Source: Alphaproteobacteria bacterium (GTDB lineage: Bacteria > Pseudomonadota > Alphaproteobacteria > UBA9219). Taken from it: DNA of 64,000 nt. Position 1 is the first letter of the stretch, and every line of letters begins with the position of its first letter. The translations under genes and the position numbers were made by a program. The DNA is taken from NCBI GenBank assembly GCA_009779135.1, contig WREW01000002.1, positions 78,953-142,952 of the forward strand, read 5' to 3'. Shown piece by piece: positions 52,188 through 64,000 of this stretch. Under the pieces are notes generated by a model, which was given only the letters and a program-made list of their open reading frames with translations, had not been told where the DNA came from and made no database searches.

Positions 52188-53507
52188 TTATTCCGGTGTG
52201 AGCTTGGGGATGGGGACTGTGACTGTGCTCTTGCTGGGCCTTTGTGCTTCTTCTTCTTTTATGCTTTCATTGGCGCGTATAGCCGGTTTAAATGCGGGAT
52301 TATTCGCTTCCGGATCGTCCTTATACCAATAGTAAGTCTTATTCCATGAATCTCTGGCATCCCCTTTTGGCACGTCGTCGCCAAGCGCGGCGTCTTTTAA
52401 ATCTTTGATCTGTTCCGGCGTCAGACTATGTGTGCTTGCTATAAGACCGGCTATGCGATGGCACGTTTTATCCGGAAGTTTTTCAAAACCGTTGTCTTTG
52501 AGTTCTTTCAATATCGCTTGCTTTTCCTGATCGTCGAAGGTAGGCTTATCGGCCTCGATTATGTTATAGCCCTTCTTGTTATTGTATTCTTCTTGAAGTC
52601 CAGAAAGGATTTTATCAACCCTGTCCCATTTTTTATGTTTAGCTTGTATACAAAAATCTTTCGTTACCGACAGGCTTTTATAGGCGTTGTAAGCTATAAA
52701 GTTGTCAGCCTTATCGGCAGCATTCGGATCGCTGTAGAGCTTGTTTCTAAAATTGTAAGTTGAACGCAGGATTCCATCTTCTGCTACTCCTAAGGTACTT
52801 ACGCCTAATTGCTCCATTTTAATCATGGCGTAAGATTCTGCCATATTTTCCTTGTGATTTGTTCGGAGGGACTGGAGCATTGCAGGCGTATTTTTATCGA
52901 TGTCGCCTGTAGGAGCATAAAAAACATTTAAGAAAGGATTGATCGTCTTATCCTGTCCGTCTATTTGTGTTGGAACCGACTGGGTTAAATGGCCAACCTC
53001 GTGAAACAGCGTCTGAATATTTTTCTTATCTACGACAACAACGCTGGTTCGATCTGAAAAGGGATTATCCTCAACCGAAGTTCCTAAAAAAGGTGTGGAA
53101 CGATAGTTTCCAATTGAAGTGCAAAAACCGCCCAAGTTTTTTTCTTCGACTTCAAGCAACGCGGCTGAAAGGCGGTTAATCTTGCCTTCCGCTATGGGAG
53201 CATTTGAGTTTTTTAGAACCTTGCTAAATCCATCATGTGACGGTTTTTCACCCTTCAAAGCTTCTTTTATTTTGCCATAGTCAAGAAAGACAACTTCTTG
53301 CCCTATCATCTTTTCCGTTTCGCCTTTATTCCGAAAGACTTCATTGACAGCTCTGCTCCATTCGGGGTTTTTATCAGGGAAGATCAGGATATCGTGAAGG
53401 GGGGCTTTTTCTGCAAGGGAAGGCGTTGCCAACAGCGTTGCCGAGGCCACCGCAAGGGCTGCCGATTTGATGCTTTTGGTTGCCATAGGTTTATCGTCGT
53501 TTTCCAT
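52188..53507 (-). CDS. family-X secreted HExxH protein, paralog B
   Basis: signal peptide; FHEVGHL; ENMAESYAMIKMEQLG; C-terminal ...STVTVPIPKLTPE; begins 8 bp after the paralog C stop. Confidence 0.7.
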   Translation of the reverse strand: MENDDKPMATKSIKSAALAVASATLLATPSLAEKAPLHDILIFPDKNPEWSRAVNEVFRNKGETEKMIGQEVVFLDYGKIKEALKGEKPSHDGFSKVLKNSNAPIAEGKINRLSAALLEVEEKNLGGFCTSIGNYRSTPFLGTSVEDNPFSDRTSVVVVDKKNIQTLFHEVGHLTQSVPTQIDGQDKTINPFLNVFYAPTGDIDKNTPAMLQSLRTNHKENMAESYAMIKMEQLGVSTLGVAEDGILRSTYNFRNKLYSDPNAADKADNFIAYNAYKSLSVTKDFCIQAKHKKWDRVDKILSGLQEEYNNKKGYNIIEADKPTFDDQEKQAILKELKDNGFEKLPDKTCHRIAGLIASTHSLTPEQIKDLKDAALGDDVPKGDARDSWNKTYYWYKDDPEANNPAFKPAIRANESIKEEEAQRPSKSTVTVPIPKLTPE

Positions 53508-53515
53508 GGCCTAGG

Positions 53516-55063
53516 CTATTGCGGTGTGAGTTTGGGGGTGGGAGCCGTGACTGTGCTCCTGCCGGCGGGTCTTTGCGGTTCGTCAAAGCTCGCCACCTTC
53601 AAAGGCTCCGCCGCCACGCCCAAAGGCTCCGCCGCTTTTTTTGCCGGTTCAAAAGCGGTGTTGTTGTCTTTATCCGCTACAGCGGCTTCTTGCGCTTCTT
53701 TTTTTATGCTTTCATGGGCAAGTATGGCCGGTTTAAATGCGGTGTTATTGTCTTTATCCACCACAGCGTCTCCTTGTTTAAGAAGGTCGTACGTGTCACT
53801 CCATGCTTTGGTGGCGGCCTTTCCTTGCGGCACCTTTCCCAAGGTTGCGTTGTCAAAATCGTTCATATCAGACAAAGACGGGCTATGCTTTGTTGCCAAA
53901 GCTGACGCAAGAGAAAGGCTGTCTTTGTCTGTAAGAGCATTCAGTCCACCTGTTTCTAACTTGGCAAAAATAGCTTGTCCATTGAAGGGATGTTTAACCT
54001 CGGATCGTGATTCCGTGTTGTCATAAGTTTCTTGAAGACCATCAAGCTTTGACTTAACATTATCCATTTTCCCGTTCTTAATATCGTCCAGAAGAGAGAT
54101 TGTCGCAAACAGAGTTTCATGGGTGTTATGCCCTTGGTACGACATCGGGAGTTCTTGACTCGTTGAGAGGTAAGTTGAGTCAAAAAGACGGGCTTGCGCT
54201 TGTTTAGTGGCAGCTGTGTAATTTCCTTTTTGCGCCATTTTAATCGCGGCGTAAGAATCTGACATATTTTCCTGGCGATTTTCCCGCAGCTTCCAAGCTT
54301 CACCTTTATTATCTGTTTTAGGGACTTTCATGAAAAACGCGGGTTCCTCTACTTCAGTATTGTAAAGATGCGCTTTTTCGTGAAATGCTGTAAAAGCGGC
54401 CGCTTCATCATATGGCTGTTTTACAAAATTAGAATCTGTTTTTGAAAAATCAACGCCTGTACCTTCGGGACAAGACAACCTCTCACGCCAAACAGTATTT
54501 CCGTCTTTGTTATTTTCACCGAACGCGACAAAAACTTTTATGTTGTTACCATCTCTGTCTTTTGTTGAAATAACACCAGAGTTGACCTGATCGAAAGAAG
54601 GGTCACATACTGGTTCGTATCCTATATCCTGTCTTAAATGTCTTCCTATACTAGCCGCGAGTATGGCACTCTCTCCCTTTTCCGCAGAAACGCCTGAATC
54701 CTCCAGAATGCCCTTTACGGCAGAGTCGTCGTTTTCCCTTTCACTTAAAATCTTTAAAATCTCATCTACGTCATGTTTTCCTGATTCCCCTTTGCCATGC
54801 GCCAGCGCGGCAGATCTTTTTTTCACTTCTCGCCCATCAATAAAATAAATCTTTTGTCCTATCGCCTGTTCTATTTCTTCTTTTTGAGAAACAATTTCTT
54901 TTTTAGCCTCATCCACCAAGGATATGGGCTTTACTGCGACAGGATTGTCGGGAATCTTTGCTGCTCCGGCAGGCAGCGGTAATAAGCTACATGCCGCTAC
55001 GGCTGTAGCGGCTGTCAGGTTTACTACCCTTTTGAGCAGGGGTTTTTTATCGTCGTTTTCCAT
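53516..55063 (-). CDS. family-X secreted HExxH protein, paralog C
   Basis: signal peptide; FHEKAHL; ENMSDSYAAIKMAQ; C-terminal ...STVTAPTPKLTPQ. Confidence 0.7.
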   Translation of the reverse strand: MENDDKKPLLKRVVNLTAATAVAACSLLPLPAGAAKIPDNPVAVKPISLVDEAKKEIVSQKEEIEQAIGQKIYFIDGREVKKRSAALAHGKGESGKHDVDEILKILSERENDDSAVKGILEDSGVSAEKGESAILAASIGRHLRQDIGYEPVCDPSFDQVNSGVISTKDRDGNNIKVFVAFGENNKDGNTVWRERLSCPEGTGVDFSKTDSNFVKQPYDEAAAFTAFHEKAHLYNTEVEEPAFFMKVPKTDNKGEAWKLRENRQENMSDSYAAIKMAQKGNYTAATKQAQARLFDSTYLSTSQELPMSYQGHNTHETLFATISLLDDIKNGKMDNVKSKLDGLQETYDNTESRSEVKHPFNGQAIFAKLETGGLNALTDKDSLSLASALATKHSPSLSDMNDFDNATLGKVPQGKAATKAWSDTYDLLKQGDAVVDKDNNTAFKPAILAHESIKKEAQEAAVADKDNNTAFEPAKKAAEPLGVAAEPLKVASFDEPQRPAGRSTVTAPTPKLTPQ

Positions 55064-55150
55064 GACCTTATTATACTATTTTTTTGTGAATCTTTTATTA
55101 CTTTTAATAGTTTCGCTTTAAATATGGTTATTTTTCATTAACTTATGTGA
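55064..55150 (-). promoter_or_regulatory. conserved family-X promoter module (copy for the C-B operon)
   Basis: TTAATGAAAAATAACCATATTTAAAGCGAAACTATTAAAAGTAATAAAAGATTCAC...AGTATAATAAGGTC then ATG. Confidence 0.55.
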
Positions 55151-55155
55151 TTTTC

Positions 55156-55293
55156 CTTGTCATTCTCGGGGCTTGCGGATGACGAGAGGGGAGATTGTCA
55201 TTGCGAGGAAGGCCTTCAGGCCTGACGCGGTAATCTCTGCAACATCGCCGAGATGGCGCCCGTTGGGCCTTGCGGCCCGCCTCGCAATGACAG
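55156..55293. repeat. composite repeat: family-2 fragment plus family-1 copy 6
   Basis: gtcattctcggggcttgcggatgacgag followed by gtcattgcgagg ... cctcgcaatgacag. Confidence 0.7.
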
Positions 55294-55311
55294 TTAGGGG
55301 GGGCTTGGGGC

Positions 55312-56481
<1,170 letters not shown>

Positions 56482-56487
56482 TTACGG

Positions 56488-59387
<2,900 letters not shown>

Positions 59388-59486
59388 TTAAGCATCTTCT
59401 TTCGCTTTAAAAACTTGCCGAAAACAAAAGGTTAAAGAGTTTAGCGCATGGCCGCAAGCCAGTCCAAAGGAAAGAGGGGTCGTCCT

Positions 59487-59569
59487 ATAAGTTAATGAAA
59501 AATAACCACGTTTAGAGTGAAATTATTAAAAGTAATAAAAGATTTATCAAAAAGAGGTATAATAGGGCC
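59487..59569 (+). promoter_or_regulatory. conserved family-X promoter module (copy for paralog D)
   Basis: TTAATGAAAAATAACCACGTTTAGAGTGAAATTATTAAAAGTAATAAAAGATTTATC...GGTATAATAGGGCC then GTG. Confidence 0.55.
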
Positions 59570-60859
59570 GTGAAAGACGACGTTAAAAAATCCTCGCCGC
59601 TCGTTAGATTTACGGCGGCTACGATGGCTGCGCTCACGGTTGGGCTTTTGCCTGCTGATGCAAAAGGCGGGTATGATATTATGTACTCCCCTGACCCGAA
59701 ATCTGAAGCGGGGAAAGTTGTAAAGCAGCTCGCTCCGCATATGGCTGCGGTGGAGGAAGTGACAGGACAAGAGTTTCTTCCTATTATCGACGGCAGCAAA
59801 ATCGATAACATCTTTAACCAAAAGCAAATGCCTTTCAATCTATCTAATCTCCGCGATGTTTTAGAAAACGCGGACTTCCCTACACCCTTAACGCCCAACA
59901 AAATAGGAAATATTGCATTCCATATACTTCAGGCAAAGGCGCTTGAGTATAGAGCTTTGCATGTTTCAGTCGGGAAATCGCACTTGGTTGTCTTATTTGA
60001 TCCTTCTGATCCCAAAATACTGGGTCACGAGATCGTAGGACATGGGAATCAAGAATATGCAAAGGACGGTAACTTACACTCTTCTGTTTTAAAAGTCCCT
60101 GATGTTTCGAAACCCCAGATTTCTTTAAAAGCTTTTGACAAGATCTCGGATCCTGACCAGCTTTTCCTTTTAACAAACTACCGCGAAAATATGGCGGATG
60201 TTGCCGACATGCTTACAAGGGCGCAAAGGGGCGAAGGGATAAAAGGCATGGCGGCTGAAAATCTTTTGCAATCTACGATCCTTTTTAGAAAAGTGCTTTA
60301 TAACAATCCGCAGGCTTTGGATTACCAAGTCACAGAACATAATACTTACAGAAGTCTGGCGGCGACAGAAACTTTTCTGTCCCATGTTAAAGAGAAAGAC
60401 TGGCCAAAGGTTGCGCGAGCTCTTTATACAATCCAAGAAAAATACAACGAGATGACGGCTTTGGATGTTTTGATTCCTGTTGATAATCCCATCTTCCCCG
60501 GGCGGGTGATTATGGACAAGCTCCAAGAAGAAGGCGACATAAAAAATCTTTCACCGCAAGAAACCGCTCATCTGGCTGCCGGTTTTGCGTGCATGTATAG
60601 TCTTAATCCGCAAGAGGGCAAGGATTTTAACGCCGCCGCGCTTGGCGATGAAGCACCCGTAGGAGCCGCCCGCGGCGCGTGGCTTCAGGTAGGCCGTATG
60701 CTGAACAATCCGGTATTAAAGAATGATCCTGAGATGCAGGAACTCCGGAATGATCCCGCCTATCAACAGGTCACGAGCGCGCGTGAAAGCATAGAACCGC
60801 CTGCCAGAAAACCGCGTGGCCATAAGGTTTCCTCTTCTTCCAAATATACGCCGCAATAA
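59570..60859 (+). CDS. family-X secreted HExxH-like protein, paralog D (GTG start)
   Basis: signal peptide; GHEIVGHG (HExxxH variant); ENMADVADM; C-terminal ...KYTPQ. Confidence 0.65.
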   Translation: MKDDVKKSSPLVRFTAATMAALTVGLLPADAKGGYDIMYSPDPKSEAGKVVKQLAPHMAAVEEVTGQEFLPIIDGSKIDNIFNQKQMPFNLSNLRDVLENADFPTPLTPNKIGNIAFHILQAKALEYRALHVSVGKSHLVVLFDPSDPKILGHEIVGHGNQEYAKDGNLHSSVLKVPDVSKPQISLKAFDKISDPDQLFLLTNYRENMADVADMLTRAQRGEGIKGMAAENLLQSTILFRKVLYNNPQALDYQVTEHNTYRSLAATETFLSHVKEKDWPKVARALYTIQEKYNEMTALDVLIPVDNPIFPGRVIMDKLQEEGDIKNLSPQETAHLAAGFACMYSLNPQEGKDFNAAALGDEAPVGAARGAWLQVGRMLNNPVLKNDPEMQELRNDPAYQQVTSARESIEPPARKPRGHKVSSSSKYTPQ

Positions 60860-60865
60860 ACAGAC

Positions 60866-61648
60866 TTAATCAATCAGGCCGTTCTTCCTAAGAAGATCGT
60901 AGCTGTCCTGATACCAGCGGCTGCCGGGGAAGTTGTGGCCCAAAACGGCGGCGGTTTTTTTGGCTTCATCCAAAATGCCCAGAGCGAGATAGGATTCAAC
61001 AAGCCGGTGCAAGGCTTCGGGAACGTGGCTGGTGGATTGGTAGCGCTCGACCACCGTGCGGAAACGGCCTACGGCTGCTGTGAAAAGTTTTTGTGTCATG
61101 TAATTGCGGCCGACTTCCATCTCGGCGCCGGCAAGGTGATCGTTGACGAGGTCAATTTTAAGTCTGGCATCACGCGCATAGGCCGTGTCAGGAAAACGAC
61201 GGATGATGGTCTGCAGCTCGGACAGCGCAAGATGCGCATAAGTCTGGTCACGCCGGACATCGGCGATGCGCTCATAATCGCTTAACGCCCGCAGATAGTA
61301 GGCATAGGCGATATATTCGCTCCCCGGGTGAAGGCGGATAAAGCTCTCCAGCGCTTTGATGGCCGCGTCATAATCGAGCGCCTCATACATGGCGTAAGCG
61401 CTCATCAACTGGCCGCGCGGGGCCCATTGCGAATATGGGTGCTGGCGCTCAATTTCCTCGAACTGCGTCGCAGCCTCCCGAAACAGGCGCTTTTCCATAA
61501 GGTTGAGGCCGTCATTGTAAAGAGCCTCGGCGGTTTTTTCGGACGGCTCCTCGGGCTTTTGGGAAGCGCATCCAACAAGAAGCCCCAAAGCCAGAAAAGC
61601 TACGGCCAAACGCGAAAAAGAGAAGGGTGGGAACATGCGCAGCATCAA
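60866..61648 (-). CDS. bamD: outer membrane protein assembly factor BamD
   Basis: lipoprotein signal (LLVGC); TPR-like YfiO/ComL domain. Confidence 0.8.
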   Translation of the reverse strand: MMLRMFPPFSFSRLAVAFLALGLLVGCASQKPEEPSEKTAEALYNDGLNLMEKRLFREAATQFEEIERQHPYSQWAPRGQLMSAYAMYEALDYDAAIKALESFIRLHPGSEYIAYAYYLRALSDYERIADVRRDQTYAHLALSELQTIIRRFPDTAYARDARLKIDLVNDHLAGAEMEVGRNYMTQKLFTAAVGRFRTVVERYQSTSHVPEALHRLVESYLALGILDEAKKTAAVLGHNFPGSRWYQDSYDLLRKNGLID

Positions 61649-61764
61649 CCTTTGAATCAGTTAGGTTCTTCTTTTACAACAGACCTTAGGCCGCTGCAAG
61701 ATTCTTGACTTTTTCGGTGTTTTTCCAGCATTATAAAAGGCATGTTTTCAAAGGGTAACCCTGT

Positions 61765-61998
61765 ATGCAGGTTCGTATTTTTCGCCCCGCCGCAAGCTTG
61801 ACGCAAGGCTCGCCTTGGGCCGATGCGTGGCGGCTTGAGGTTGTCAGCGCGATCCAGAAAAGGCCCGAGCCTTTCATGGGCTGGCTTGCGGCTGAGGACG
61901 GGCAAAGCACCATGAAAGGGCGCCTTGCTTTTGATACGCAGCAAGCGGCCATAGCCTTTGCGCAAAAGCAGGGCTGGTTGTTTGAGGTTGAGGAATAA
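61765..61998 (+). CDS. ETC complex I NDUFS4-like (AQDQ-family) small protein
   Basis: 77 aa; RIFRPAASLTQGS...WRLEV...PFMGW...RLAFDTQQAAIAFAQKQGW-FEV matches the bacterial NDUFS4-homolog pattern. Confidence 0.65.
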   Translation: MQVRIFRPAASLTQGSPWADAWRLEVVSAIQKRPEPFMGWLAAEDGQSTMKGRLAFDTQQAAIAFAQKQGWLFEVEE

Positions 61999-62005
61999 GG
62001 CCGGT

Positions 62006-63106
62006 TTATTGTAGCGTGTGGGCAGGGAAAGAAGTCGCAATTTTTGTACCTCTAACAGGTTCCTGCGATGCTTTCATGGTGCTTTCATAAGCGCGCACAG
62101 CCGGTTGAAATGCGGGATCATCCTTTGCCACATGGTCTTTCAGTAAATAATAAGTATGGCACCATTTTTTTTCGGCAGCGTCTTTTGGCGTTTCATCTCC
62201 AACTACAGCATCCATACAATCCTGTATATCTTTTTGCGTCTTGCCATTTCTGGCGGCCATAGCGGCAGCCAAAAGACAGCACTGTTTGTTGGTAAGCTTT
62301 TTTATGTCGCCGTCTTCAAGAACTTGCTCTATCTCCTGCCAGTTGACGGTGGAAATGTCGGACATAATAACGGTATTCTCGCGGTTCAAGGCATCGTAGC
62401 TTTCTTGAAGATCCAAAAAGATTGACCGGCTTACATTTTCATCCCTTCGGGATAAAAGGACGTTCATGCTCCCTATGCTTTCATGCGTGTCATGTTCTAT
62501 TCTGGACAATATTTCGTCCGGATTGTTTTTGTGCAAGGCTCTGGCAAAATAAGTTGCGGCCAGAAGATTTTGTTTTGCTATTCCCCGTGTATCGCCTTCG
62601 CATTGCGCCATTTTAATGACGGCCAAGCCATCGGACATATGTTCTTTATAATTTGTTTCTTTGGAAGCAATGAAATCTTGCGAGGTAGGATCATCTGCAG
62701 GAATCCGCAAGAAATGGTTGATGAGTTTGGCGCGTCCGTCCACTGATGTCCGAGTCAATATAACAGCGTGGCAAAGTTCGTGAAACATTGTAAAAGGATC
62801 TTTATCATTAATAACAACAAAGGTCGTCAGATCCTCTAACTTGCCAAGCGTGGCGCAAAAACCTGCCTCGTTCCTGTGTTTAAATATTCTGGCTTCAAGC
62901 GCATCAATTTTGTGCTGCGTCATATGAGGCAGTGAATCTTTCAGAACTCCGTGAGGATTATTTTGCAGTTTTGTGCCGTCAATGATGACAATCTCGCGCC
63001 CCAGCCATGTTTCCATCTCGCTCTTTAAAAGCAAGACTTCATTGATAGCCCTATCCGAAACGGATGTTGGGTTTTCTACAGTGGAGAATGTGATGTCATG
63101 TTTCAT
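62006..63106 (-). CDS. family-X HExxH protein, paralog E (no obvious signal peptide)
   Basis: FHELCHAVIL; EHMSDGLAVIKMAQ; C-terminal ...AHTLQ. Confidence 0.65.
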   Translation of the reverse strand: MKHDITFSTVENPTSVSDRAINEVLLLKSEMETWLGREIVIIDGTKLQNNPHGVLKDSLPHMTQHKIDALEARIFKHRNEAGFCATLGKLEDLTTFVVINDKDPFTMFHELCHAVILTRTSVDGRAKLINHFLRIPADDPTSQDFIASKETNYKEHMSDGLAVIKMAQCEGDTRGIAKQNLLAATYFARALHKNNPDEILSRIEHDTHESIGSMNVLLSRRDENVSRSIFLDLQESYDALNRENTVIMSDISTVNWQEIEQVLEDGDIKKLTNKQCCLLAAAMAARNGKTQKDIQDCMDAVVGDETPKDAAEKKWCHTYYLLKDHVAKDDPAFQPAVRAYESTMKASQEPVRGTKIATSFPAHTLQ

Positions 63107-63220
63107 AGCTCATTCCTTAGAATTATGGCCTTATTATACCTCATTTTCATGAATATTTCATTACTTTCAATAGTTTCTAGCCTGAATATGCTTATATTTC
63201 ATTGACTTACGATTCTTTTG
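63107..63220 (-). promoter_or_regulatory. conserved family-X promoter module (copy for paralog E)
   Basis: TCAATGAAATATAAGCATATTCAGGCTAGAAACTATTGAAAGTAATGAAATATTCATG...GGTATAATAAGGCC. Confidence 0.5.
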
Positions 63221-63342
63221 GGCTGGCTTGCGGTGGGGGGCGGGTAAAGCACTATGAGGGGACTCCTTGCTTTTGGTCTGCTCGCCGCCGCCATCAAGTT
63301 CGCGCAAAAATAGGGGTGGTTGTTTGAGGTTGGGGAATAAAG
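63221..63342 (+). pseudogene. degenerate duplicate of the NDUFS4-like gene 3' end (duplication footprint)
   Basis: ~80% identical to 61879..62000, including the stop context gttgtttgaggttg(a/g)ggaataa. Confidence 0.65.
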
Positions 63343-63454
63343 TTGGGTTATTTAGGTTTGGGATGGGCTATATATTGAAACTATTAATATGGTTAATCTC
63401 ATTGACATGTTTGGGGTAGAAAAGCAAAGTAGTTGGGGAAAGGAGGATTCCTTG

Positions 63455-63739
63455 ATGTCAAAATCATCAGAGATCTTAATCGATTTGTTTAAAACGGCTG
63501 CTAAAATTACGGGTACAATGGCTGTAATTATGAGCGTGCCGGCTTTATTCAATTATACGGGTGTAGAGGTGACAAAGCTTCCTTTTCCTGCTCAACTTGT
63601 TATATTTGGTGCCCATGTCGGCTTGTGTATGTGGGGAGTAAGTAATTTGCTAAAAATTGATTCAGATGTACAGCGCCGTTACAAGCAAAAGAAACCTGAA
63701 TCTTCAGGGGGGAAGTTTTCAGTATTGACTTTAAAATAA
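63455..63739 (+). CDS. small membrane protein (paralog of 22245..22559)
   Basis: ~94 aa, 2 TM; shared upstream module gggatgggytatatattgaaactattaatatggttaatctyattgacatgtt. Confidence 0.5.
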   Translation: MSKSSEILIDLFKTAAKITGTMAVIMSVPALFNYTGVEVTKLPFPAQLVIFGAHVGLCMWGVSNLLKIDSDVQRRYKQKKPESSGGKFSVLTLK

Positions 63740-63784
63740 TAATCTTATCGTGAACAAAAAGGGTTGCTTTTGTAATTTGTAACC

Positions 63785-64000
63785 TTATCCGTTTTTAAGT
63801 TTGCTGGAAACGTTTTTCTTGCCCAGCGGTTTTTCTTTTCGTTCTGAGGCTGCTGGATTTTCTTTTGGTGTAGAGAAGGGTGACAGAAAGCTGTTTTTTC
63901 TTTTTTTCTGGCTAAGCTCTTTCATCGTTTTTTTCCACAAATCTTTCAAGTGATGGCGATAAATGGTTGCGCCCATCACCGCACTGGCTGCAATAAGGAC
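63785..64000 (-). CDS. partial (runs off the window) paralog of the 22561..23247 protein
   Basis: VLIAASAVMGATIYRHHLKDLWKKTMKELS aligns with LPFIAAGGTFATCTAYNFRDPWKKTLKTVWQELS; both end in KNG. Confidence 0.5.
   Translation of the reverse strand, partial: VLIAASAVMGATIYRHHLKDLWKKTMKELSQKKRKNSFLSPFSTPKENPAASERKEKPLGKKNVSSKLKNG

Noticed and set aside
55064-55150. CtrA box in the family-X promoter (TTAATGAAAAATAACC)
   Set aside because: It matches TTAA-N7-TAAC, one base short of the TTAA-N7-TTAAC consensus, and is absent or weaker in copies A and E. It is kept only as a remark inside the promoter finding.
4131-55293. Possible CRISPR array because of the recurring palindromic repeats
   Set aside because: The repeats are ~100 bp, are dispersed singly across 50 kb, and are not separated by regular short spacers. 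There are no cas genes. They are MITE/REP-like elements, not CRISPR.

Overview
The window reads as an alphaproteobacterial chromosome segment. The core genes are prs, rpsT-dnaA, glmU, carD, lpxC, a type-A RNase P RNA, ompA, lepA, a flagellar class II cluster (fliF-fliG-fliH/flbE-fliN-flbD-flhA-flhF-fleN-fliK-like), folD, tRNA-Ala, an MCP, aqpZ, eptA-dgkA, pntAA/AB/B, rplI-rpsR-rpsF, ppdK, ccrM, a GGDEF protein, ligA, bamD and an NDUFS4-like gene. Accessory content is dense. There are five Sel1-repeat proteins (two of them a tandem duplicate), three families of short palindromic repeats (at least 13 copies), a twice-copied convergent pair of small membrane-protein genes sharing a promoter, and an undescribed five-member family of signal-peptide proteins carrying HExxH plus ENM[AS]D motifs. 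That family is driven by a shared ~80-bp promoter module, and its members are flanked by the repeats and by a ~120-bp duplication footprint. No CRISPR array, transposase or phage genes were seen. All coordinates for internal starts are approximate (plus or minus a few nt) because they were read by eye.
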